This document shows positions 36,869-43,697 of a stretch of 43,697 nt of DNA, piece by piece. Numbering within the stretch: position 1 is the first letter of the stretch; each line of letters begins with the position of its first letter. This DNA is from an uncultured Methanomassiliicoccales archaeon. Its GTDB lineage: Archaea; Thermoplasmatota; Thermoplasmata; Methanomassiliicoccales; JAAEEP01. The position numbers were made by a program, and so were the translations under genes. The notes beneath the pieces are model-generated. The model worked only from the letters and a program-made list of their open reading frames with translations. It searched no databases and had not been told where the DNA came from. The stretch is from contig CAZQLP010000004.1 in NCBI GenBank assembly GCA_964594225.1, positions 1 to 43,697 on the forward strand, read 5' to 3'.

Positions 36869-37024
36869 TCAATCCTCCTCCTGGGGAAGCTCTATCAGTC
36901 TGGTCCCGCAGACCGGGCAGAGCCCAAGCGAGAGGGACCGATTGCCAAATCTCTCCTGTAGCTCCCTCTCCAGCTCCTCCAACCTCTCCTTCTTGATGAT
37001 CTTCTCGCACTTTGGACAGTACAT
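36869..37024 (-). CDS. Small zinc-ribbon protein (51 aa; not in the ORF track)
   Basis: Hand translation: MYCPKCEKIIKKERLEELERELQERFGNRSLSLGLCPVCGTRLIELPQEED. It shows CPxC...CPxC. Its stop abuts the creatininase-family gene. No clear SD is present. Confidence 0.45.
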   Translation of the reverse strand: MYCPKCEKIIKKERLEELERELQERFGNRSLSLGLCPVCGTRLIELPQEED

Positions 37025-37113
37025 GCTACCGGTGAATCGCGGTGGTGGTAGATAAACCCGGACGCTCTCGGGGGACGCGCAACATTTTTATCGAGAGGCT
37101 TTGATTGTAGGAC

Positions 37114-37785
37114 GTGAGGCTCGCCGCTCTCTTCTCTGGCGGAAAGGATTCCACCTTCGCCATCCAGTTGATGGAGATGCAGGGACACAACGTCACCCAC
37201 CTGATCTCCATCCTCCCAAAGGACAGGTATTCGTGGCTTTTTCACACGCCGAATCTCCATCTGGTCCCAGAGATGGCAAGGGTCATGGGTAAGGAGCTGG
37301 TGACCGAGGAGAGCTCGGGAACGGAGAAGGGCGATCTCCTCGCGCTGAGGAAGGCCCTGTCCGACCTTGGTGTGGAGGGAGTGGTCACTGGGGCGCTGGC
37401 ATCGGATTACCAGTGGGACAGGATCAACGGCGTATGCCAGGATCTTGGTCTCCCCGTGTACTCCCCCCTCTGGAGGAAGGACCAGCGAGTGCTGATGGAG
37501 GACATGATCTCCTCCGGTCTCGAGGCCATGATCGTGGTGGTCTCCGCGGAGGGCCTCGACGCTAGTTGGCTGGGGCGTTTGATAGACCAGGAAGCCCTAG
37601 AGGAACTCGGGCACCTGGCCAGCAGGTTCGGCTTCAACGTCTCCGGGGAAGGAGGGGAGTTCGAGACACTGGTGCTCGACTCCCCGATCTTCGGCATTCG
37701 GTTTGTACCTCTGGAAATGGAGATCGAGCTCACCAGGGACGGGGGGAGGTTGACCGTGGGGGCGATCGAGACTTGGAGGGAGTGA
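37114..37785 (+). CDS. Diphthine-ammonia ligase-like PP-loop ATPase (Dph6 / MJ0570 family)
   Basis: It has a GTG start and the PP-loop ALFSGGKDS, plus ...SGEGGEFETLVLD.PIF. 223 aa. Confidence 0.8.
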   Translation: MRLAALFSGGKDSTFAIQLMEMQGHNVTHLISILPKDRYSWLFHTPNLHLVPEMARVMGKELVTEESSGTEKGDLLALRKALSDLGVEGVVTGALASDYQWDRINGVCQDLGLPVYSPLWRKDQRVLMEDMISSGLEAMIVVVSAEGLDASWLGRLIDQEALEELGHLASRFGFNVSGEGGEFETLVLDSPIFGIRFVPLEMEIELTRDGGRLTVGAIETWRE

Positions 37786-37859
37786 AGAAGCCGCGAAGAC
37801 TCCACCATCCCGCGTTCTCTGTTTATGGATGAGGCTCGGAGGAGATCTCCCAACTCAGT

Positions 37860-38123
37860 GCTGGACAGGGCGGACTTCTCCAGGGACCGGGGTCTCAGCA
37901 GTTCCTCCCAGGGAACGTTCCTGAATTCCTCCTGGGTGTGGCCAAGCATCTCCTCAAAGGAGGGGCTGATGTACTCGATCTCCATGTCCAGGTTCATGTA
38001 TCAAAGGTAGTCCCGGACGTTCTCGGAGAGGATGCGATATCCCTCCTCGCTCTCCCTCAGGGTAGGCTCAGATCTTCGCTTCTCTGCCAGTTGCCTGATA
38101 ATGTTGATCGGCTCCGCCTGGAC
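37860..38123 (-). pseudogene. Relic of a PAS-domain sensor gene (in-frame stop, no start codon, truncated)
   Basis: The minus-strand frame reads ...LRESEEGYRILSENVRDYL*YMNLDMEIEYISPSFEEMLGHTQEEFRNVPWEELL. This is the typical coiled linker plus PAS N-terminus. It is interrupted by TGA at 38001-38003 and bounded upstream by TAG at 38124-38126. The frame then runs into the antisense strand of the neighbouring gene. Confidence 0.55.
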
Positions 38124-38181
38124 CTATCCCCCTCAAGGGATTTCGCGAAGTATTCTTATTTAAGATGTCACTTGTTAGAGG

Positions 38182-39093
38182 ATGGGATTGTGGGATTCTA
38201 TGTCGGGCATCGATTCGACTCGAGCTTGGTTGCATTATGGTATTGGGGATCGGGGTCTTCCGGACGGAGACAAGAGAAGGGAAACCAGCATCTCCAGGGG
38301 TTGGGAGCTCGCACGAGTCGGTTTTGACGCCATCCTGGATAACCGTTCGCTGATCCTTCTGCCATTGATATCCACACTCGTGATGGGTATGGTAACAATT
38401 TCCTTCCTAGGCGGGTACTTCATGACCCTGAACCTCGAGAACGGGATCCCTTACAATCTAGTGCTGCTGATCGTCCTGCTCTACTTCATAGCAAGTATCG
38501 TCATGGTGTTCTTCAACGTGGCGCTGATAGGTGCCGCGATGCTATACATGGAAGGAGGAGACCCCACAGTGGGCTACGGGATTAGATTCGCCTCCGAGAG
38601 GCTGGGGCTCATCATTCAGTGGGCGATGCTGGTGGCAACTGTGAATGTCCTCCTCTCACTGTTCCGAAGGACGGCCGGTATAGGGGGACAGATAGCCAGT
38701 AGCCTGGCAGGTGTAGCGTGGTCGGTTGCGACATTCTTCGCTGTTCCGGTCTTGGCATTCGAGCGTTTGACCCCCATAGATGCCATCAAGAGGAGCACAC
38801 AGGTCCTGCGATCCACTTGGAGGGAGACCCTCTTTTCGAATCTAGGGATATGGGTGGTATTTTTCATCCTGGGGATCACAGCCTTCCTTCCACTGTTCGC
38901 AGCGTTCGTATGGATGGGAGCGGATATAGGGCTGATCATCCTGGCGATATCGATCATATACTGGATATTCCTAGGCTCGCTTTACGGGGGCGTCTCGGGA
39001 GTGCTGGTCTCCGCTCTGTACAGGTACGCGGTCACCGGCAAGGTCCACCCGGACATCCCAATGGCAGTGGTTCAGAATCCCTGGACTTACTGA
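38182..39093 (+). CDS. Polytopic membrane protein (DUF6159-like)
   Basis: ...SRGWELARVGFDAILDNRSLILLPLISTL... is followed by about 6 TM helices. The exact start is uncertain. Confidence 0.65.
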   Translation: MGLWDSMSGIDSTRAWLHYGIGDRGLPDGDKRRETSISRGWELARVGFDAILDNRSLILLPLISTLVMGMVTISFLGGYFMTLNLENGIPYNLVLLIVLLYFIASIVMVFFNVALIGAAMLYMEGGDPTVGYGIRFASERLGLIIQWAMLVATVNVLLSLFRRTAGIGGQIASSLAGVAWSVATFFAVPVLAFERLTPIDAIKRSTQVLRSTWRETLFSNLGIWVVFFILGITAFLPLFAAFVWMGADIGLIILAISIIYWIFLGSLYGGVSGVLVSALYRYAVTGKVHPDIPMAVVQNPWTY

Positions 39094-39543
39094 GAAATAT
39101 TCACTCCATAGAGGACATCTTGATCGCTATCCTCAGCTGGTTGAGCATGCATGGTTCTGCGTAGAAATCGCTCCTCTCCCTGAGTTCCAGCGCATCAAGA
39201 TCGATTAAAGTTTTCATTCTCATCATAGACACATCGTCCTGATATCATGATCCATATGGGGGTCGAGATCCTCTCCTTGCCCACAATAAGAAGGACCGCT
39301 ACCATGTCTCTAAATCAGATTGTAACGGGCAAGAGGGTCACTCCCTCTTCCAGATGCCTCTAAGGTACTGGGAATGCAAACACGAAGACGTTGCAGTGCT
39401 TCCAGGGTAACATTCATGATCGGAACAACCTCTTGAGGCTCGAGGTTTGGAGCGGGCCCGCCCACACGGCGCGGGATGGTGAGGCCAGGGGCAATGAACT
39501 TTGGAAGAATCTGAGCATATGATTGCTGGAAATGGGTAAGTAA

Positions 39544-39618
39544 TGGGGCCGCCCGAATTTGAATCGGAGTCCCGGGCTCCCAAAGCCCGAAGGATTGACC
39601 AAGCTACCCTACGGCCCC
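39544..39618 (-). tRNA. tRNA-Pro(UGG), no intron, CCA not encoded
   Basis: Reverse strand: GGGGCCG-TA-GGGTAGCTTGGTCAATCCTT-CGGGC-TTTGGGA-GCCCG-GGAC-TCCGA-TTCAAAT-TCGGG-CGGCCCC-A. The anticodon loop is TT-TGG-GA. The T-stem closes with A53-T61 rather than G-C. Confidence 0.8.
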
Positions 39619-39742
39619 CTCTCTCACGCAGTATGGGCAATGGGTGCATAAACCTTACCTTCCGCCATCGATATGAAACAGATTCTCCACAAATGCCAGT
39701 TATGTCAAAACCTTTTTACACCGCCCTCTCTCTACTCCTGAT

Positions 39743-40870
39743 GTGGTCAACAAGACACCATTCGCCCTGTTCGCGGCCGTCATGATGATGGCCATAGCAT
39801 TTTCGGGTTGCCTTGGTTCTGGCGGAGTGGCGGGATGGACCCAGGACGATCTTGTGGTCCCTGACTTTCAGGTGGTGGACAGGCCCTCCCCCGAGCTGCC
39901 GACCCCACTGTCGCCCGTGAATTTCACCTATTCCTACAGGCTGATCTGGACCATATCCAAGGTATACATGTCCTACGGTGGACTGATGAACGTATCAATG
40001 GAGAACACCGGCGGCACCATGATCTACGTCTACCATCTCGGGGTGGAATGGGTTAACAGCACGATATCCTCTTCCAGGGACACCGAGGTCTACATTGACC
40101 CTGGTGAGACGGGTGACTTGGGCATGATCTTCTTCGAGGCTCCGGAAAGCTACTCAGGTGAATACGAGGTCCACATCCGTATCTGCGTCTCCAATCCAGG
40201 GGAGAGCATGTGGCACGATTATGGAGAGAAGGCGGCGGCGCCAAGATCCACCGGGATTGGACCCAGGGCCTCGGAGCCCACCAACTACTCCGTTCAAAGC
40301 AATCCGACCACTTACTTCAACCGCGTCAACGACAGGGTGTCCTACGACGCGGTGGGAAACGTGACAGATCAGATCCAGGCTGAGTACTCTCTGAATCAGA
40401 GCATCAACCAGATCGTGGGTGCCTTCGAGTGGGTGAGCGATAACATCATCTACGTGGAGGACACGGGGGGTGACAACTGGCAGTCGGCCCAGGAGACCCT
40501 GGAGCTGGGAACGGGAGACTGTGAGGACCAGGCCATCCTGCTGGCGTCCATCTTCGGGGCCATGGATTTGAACGGAAGGGTGAACGTCATCGAGGGACAT
40601 GCCTTCGCCTCGGTCTTCGTGTCCGATGACCTCGCTGGGATGGCGGATGTGAGGGAGGTCATCGAATCGATGTACTGGACCGATCTCCCGATATGCTTCC
40701 TGAAGGATGACATGGGGTACTGGCTGGTCACGGACACCACGGGTTTCTTCTATGCTGGCGGTATGCCCGCCAGGGCGCAGCCGCTTGAGGACTCGAACCC
40801 CTATGCCTGGACCTTCGAGAGCACCAGCTACCTCATCACGGTCGATGCGGTCGGTCCTTCCTCGGGTTAG
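39743..40870 (+). CDS. Secreted/lipobox protein with a C-terminal transglutaminase-like cysteine-protease core
   Basis: It has a signal peptide ending in AFSGC (lipobox-like). The transglutaminase-like triad context is GTGDCEDQAILLASIF...EGHAFASVFV...WLVTDTT. The start is GTG. Confidence 0.7.
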   Translation: MVNKTPFALFAAVMMMAIAFSGCLGSGGVAGWTQDDLVVPDFQVVDRPSPELPTPLSPVNFTYSYRLIWTISKVYMSYGGLMNVSMENTGGTMIYVYHLGVEWVNSTISSSRDTEVYIDPGETGDLGMIFFEAPESYSGEYEVHIRICVSNPGESMWHDYGEKAAAPRSTGIGPRASEPTNYSVQSNPTTYFNRVNDRVSYDAVGNVTDQIQAEYSLNQSINQIVGAFEWVSDNIIYVEDTGGDNWQSAQETLELGTGDCEDQAILLASIFGAMDLNGRVNVIEGHAFASVFVSDDLAGMADVREVIESMYWTDLPICFLKDDMGYWLVTDTTGFFYAGGMPARAQPLEDSNPYAWTFESTSYLITVDAVGPSSG

Positions 40871-40889
40871 GATTTCTGGCCGTTCTAAC

Positions 40890-41849
40890 TCAGCTGTCCA
40901 GTATCTCCCTGACGGCCCTGCGGATGGCGTCCGAGCTTCCCATGGTGGGAGACCATCCCAATGCCTTCAGCTTCTCAACGGAAAGGAGCATCACCTTGAC
41001 ATCCCCTATCCAGCCCCTACCTCCTTGGACTCCCCCCGTCCAGTCGTACTCGACCTCCGGGAGCGACATTTCCTCCACCACGATATCAGCGATGTCCCTG
41101 ACGAACGTGCGGTCCTCCGAACCGATGTTGAATATCCCCACGCGCTCATCGTAGCTCTCCACGGCCACCACCATCGCGTCCACGCAATCGCTGACGTGGA
41201 CGTACGATTTACAGGTCCCCGGTTCCGCACCCAGTATCTCCAGTCTCCTGGAGTTCTCCCTCAGCTTTCGGATGAAGTCGTGAAGCACGTTGTGGGTGCT
41301 CCTGGAACCAACCACGTTCGCGAAGCGGTATATCACCGCTCTCATCTCGAAGGTGTGGCAGTAGGCCGATATCATGGCCTCGCAGGCCAGCTTCGACGCC
41401 CCGTATATGGATATTGGTACCATCGGGCCGTAGTCCTCCGGGGTGGGTATCTCCTCGGCCTCCCCGTACACGGTCGAGGTGGAAGGGAACATCATCTCAC
41501 GTACGTCCGTACGCCGGCACGATTCGAGCAGGCGATAGGTGACCTCAATATTCTGGTCGAAGTGTGTTCTGGTGTTCGATGCCCCCACCCTGACATCGGG
41601 GTTGGCGGCGAAATGGCAGAGCAGATCCGCTCCCTCCAACACGGGATCCAGGTTCATGGTGAGCAGGTCACCCTCCACCAGCCTGAACGATTTGCTCTCC
41701 ATAGCGCCTTCCAGGAATTCCCTCCTCCCGGCGCTGAGATTGTCTATTCCCATGACCTCATTCCCCATCTCAAGCAGCCTGTCCGTGAGGTGACTGGCTA
41801 TGAATCCAGCACACCCTGTCACAACGACTCTCCTACCTTCAAATCTCAT
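40890..41849 (-). CDS. NAD-dependent epimerase/dehydratase (UDP-glucose 4-epimerase-like SDR)
   Basis: Trimmed to the ATG at 41849 (MRFEGRRVVVTGCAGFIASHL: Rossmann GxxGxxG). It has the catalytic YGASK motif. 319 aa. Confidence 0.9.
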   Translation of the reverse strand: MRFEGRRVVVTGCAGFIASHLTDRLLEMGNEVMGIDNLSAGRREFLEGAMESKSFRLVEGDLLTMNLDPVLEGADLLCHFAANPDVRVGASNTRTHFDQNIEVTYRLLESCRRTDVREMMFPSTSTVYGEAEEIPTPEDYGPMVPISIYGASKLACEAMISAYCHTFEMRAVIYRFANVVGSRSTHNVLHDFIRKLRENSRRLEILGAEPGTCKSYVHVSDCVDAMVVAVESYDERVGIFNIGSEDRTFVRDIADIVVEEMSLPEVEYDWTGGVQGGRGWIGDVKVMLLSVEKLKALGWSPTMGSSDAIRRAVREILDS

Positions 41850-41851
41850 CG

Positions 41852-42412
41852 CTAATCCATCCTTTCCTCCAGTTTCCTGGAGAATGATCTTATGGCCATT
41901 CCCCTGTGTGAGATCCGATTCTTCTCGTCCAGGGGCATCTCGGCGTATGTTCGCGGCTCCCCCTCTGGCCTGAATACCGGGTCGAAGCCAAATCCCCCGC
42001 CGCCCCTTTTCTCCTCGGTGATCTCTCCCTTGGCGATATCGCATACTACAATCTCCCCGACACCCTGTATGCGGGCGCCGATGCAGCATTTGAAGTGCGC
42101 CCCACGACTCTCAATGCCCTCCATGAGCTTCAGGATTCCGCCGCATCCAAGAGTCCTCAGGGCGTAGGCGGAGTAGACCCCTGGGAATCCGTTCAAGGCA
42201 TCGATAAAAAGTCCCGAGTCATCAATTATGAAATTGTCCAGCCCCCTCTCACCGAGCTCTTTCAGACCCTGCCCGATCACCTCTTCCAGTGTATCGGCCT
42301 GTATCTCCTCGTACCCCACCCCAAGATGCTCCATCTGGAATCCCAGACGGGAGAGCTCCCCCCGGAACTCCTCCACCTTGCCTGGGTTGCCGGTAATGAT
42401 TCTCAGCCTCAG
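41852..42412 (-). CDS. Non-canonical purine NTP pyrophosphatase (HAM1/RdgB family); start codon unresolved
   Basis: ...RIITGNPGKVEEF..., FIIDDSGLFIDALNGFPGVYS, GFGFDPVF and SHRG motifs. The only in-frame candidates at the expected N-terminus are CTG codons (42406 and 42412). The track's ATG at 42622 lies deep inside bud32. Confidence 0.8.
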   Translation of the reverse strand: MRLRIITGNPGKVEEFRGELSRLGFQMEHLGVGYEEIQADTLEEVIGQGLKELGERGLDNFIIDDSGLFIDALNGFPGVYSAYALRTLGCGGILKLMEGIESRGAHFKCCIGARIQGVGEIVVCDIAKGEITEEKRGGGGFGFDPVFRPEGEPRTYAEMPLDEKNRISHRGMAIRSFSRKLEERMD

Positions 42413-43023
42413 GTGTAGCGCCCCCTTCCCTCGATCTCCTTCACCTTCTCGAAGACCTGCTCGGCGCCGTCGTAGTACCTGCTGTATGAGTCCATGACCT
42501 CCTGGAACAGGTCGAGGATGTCCGAGTGGGCGGAGGTGAAGGCCTCCCTGAGCAGGTGGAGGTCCACCCCTATCTCCTCCAGTGTGGCGTTCCTTCCCCC
42601 TAGGGAGAAGTCGATGAGCCATATCTTTTCGCCGGAGATCATCATGTTGGAGGTGGTGAGGTCCCCGTGGACCATCCCTCCACCGTGGAGCAGGGCGGCC
42701 ATCCTGCCTATCTCCCGGCAGATGTTCCTTGCCTCATCCTCCGAGGCGGAGGCGAGGGCGTCCTTCACCCTCTGACCATGGATGTCCTGCATCACGATCT
42801 CCGCCTCCTGAAGATCGATATCGTAGATGATGGGGGTGGATACCCCCAGTCTCCTGGCCTCCTGGATCAGTCGGGCCTCGTTCCTGGTCCTTGAACTCCT
42901 CAGCTCGGAGTCAAGCTGGGGGTGACGGTATCCCTTCACCACCCTGCTCTTGATGATCACCCTACGGCCCATACGGATGTCGAGTCCGATCTCGGCCTCG
43001 GCGCCCCTTCTGATTATCTCCAC
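42409..43023 (-). CDS. bud32: KEOPS complex kinase Bud32 (PRPK-like atypical kinase)
   Basis: 204 aa. RGAEAE..., ...VIIKSRVVKGYRHPQLD..., HGDLTTSNMM and IDFSLG are Bud32 hallmarks. It is stand-alone (not fused to Kae1). Confidence 0.9.
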   Translation of the reverse strand: MEIIRRGAEAEIGLDIRMGRRVIIKSRVVKGYRHPQLDSELRSSRTRNEARLIQEARRLGVSTPIIYDIDLQEAEIVMQDIHGQRVKDALASASEDEARNICREIGRMAALLHGGGMVHGDLTTSNMMISGEKIWLIDFSLGGRNATLEEIGVDLHLLREAFTSAHSDILDLFQEVMDSYSRYYDGAEQVFEKVKEIEGRGRYT

Positions 43024-43420
43024 GGTCTGCCAAAGAGCTTACGGGAGAAAAAGCCTTTCGGGATGTTCAGTTCTCCCAACACTAAGGATCCCTACTATCC
43101 CACTTGACAGTGGACAAACGGGCATTCCCCGGCAAGGACCGCGACGTCCAGGATTTCACGCCGCCTTCTTTGGTGACCCCGCGGCCCTTGGTCGCCATGA
43201 TCCAAGGTGGATCCCGTATCACAGATGCCAACCGCGGCGCATGCATGGGCCATCAGCCTCCGACCCCATACGTCCAGTACCTTGATGGAACGCGAGATGC
43301 CGCGGTCCGTTCCTATCCCGGTGGCATTGATTGATGCGAGGCGATGAGGCTTTCGACTAGGTCATCTAACGGGAGCGGGGGAAATGTCTTATCTCTCATC
43401 ATGGATGACACGTGGTTGAC

Positions 43421-43697
43421 ATGGGAGACTGTCTCTCGCTGCGACATGGAAGACGGGCCGCGTTCATAGCGATCATCCTCTTCCTGGCCACCCTTGTAGG
43501 ATACCTGGCAAGGATGAATATATCCGTGGCATTGCCGTTCATCGCCGAGGATTTCGGCTGGAACCAGGAGCAGCTTGGCGAGCTCGGCGGTGTGCTGCTG
43601 GGAATCTTCCTGGTGGGATACGGCATCTCCAACGTTTTCATCTCTCCCCTGGTGGACTACTTCGGTCCCAGGAGGGGACTGCTGGTCACCATAGCCC
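43421..43697 (+). CDS. MFS transporter (partial; 3' end lies outside the window)
   Basis: The frame is open from the ATG at 43421 to the window edge: ...RRAAFIAIILFLATLVGYLARMNISVALPFIAEDFGWNQEQLGELGGVLLGIFLVGYGISNVFISPLVDYFGPRRG. This is a typical MFS TM1-TM2 region with the loop motif. It is not in the ORF track because no stop is reached. Confidence 0.8.
   Translation, partial: MGDCLSLRHGRRAAFIAIILFLATLVGYLARMNISVALPFIAEDFGWNQEQLGELGGVLLGIFLVGYGISNVFISPLVDYFGPRRGLLVTIA

Noticed and set aside
39338-39649. 103-aa minus-strand ORF
   Set aside because: It overlaps the tRNA-Pro gene and is Arg/Pro/Ser/Gly-rich, so it is not coding.
40707-41855. 382-aa plus-strand ORF
   Set aside because: It lies antisense to the SDR epimerase (Rossmann GxxGxxG and YxxxK present). 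Its composition is not protein-like.
1-43697. Search for CRISPR arrays, rRNA, transposases/integrases, and toxin-antitoxin or known defence-system genes
   Set aside because: I found no repeat-spacer periodicity, no rRNA-like segments, no DDE or tyrosine/serine recombinase motifs, and no nuclease or ATPase pairs typical of defence islands. The solitary RHH protein (32248-32499) has no adjacent toxin ORF.

Overview
This is a densely packed archaeal chromosomal window. Archaeal markers include RadA, aIF2-alpha, Nop10, eL42 and eS27 ribosomal proteins, GGGP and DGGGP ether-lipid synthases, a class-I CCA-adding enzyme, Bud32, Trm11-like and Dph6-like enzymes, and tRNAs with introns at position 37/38. 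I call about 50 CDS, 3 tRNAs, 3 gene relics and a few repeat or regulatory elements. I see no CRISPR array, rRNA or recognisable mobile element.

The left 7 kb is the most unusual part. It is a bacterial-architecture Wood-Ljungdahl carbonyl-branch cluster: acsC, acsD, and a single roughly 1370-aa ORF that fuses a CooS/AcsA-type CO dehydrogenase to a full-length AcsB-type acetyl-CoA synthase, with a convergent cooC. A second nickel-maturation pair, cooT-cooC, sits 4 kb away. Upstream of the acs operon lie an AT-rich 524-bp spacer with a perfect palindrome and 25-bp-spaced direct repeats, then an internally duplicated double-ACT protein, then a 555-bp repeat-bearing non-coding gap.

The middle of the window (14.9-20.2 kb) looks accessory. 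It holds an alpha/beta hydrolase, a C_GCAxxG_C_C protein, two DsrE-like proteins, a MarR-MATE pair and a chimeric gene relic. The rest is housekeeping.

Several real small genes fall below the 60-aa cutoff of the ORF track: eS27 and two zinc-ribbon proteins. Several ORF-track starts are over-extended, and I have trimmed them. All family assignments come from motif and collinearity recognition by eye; no database search was run.
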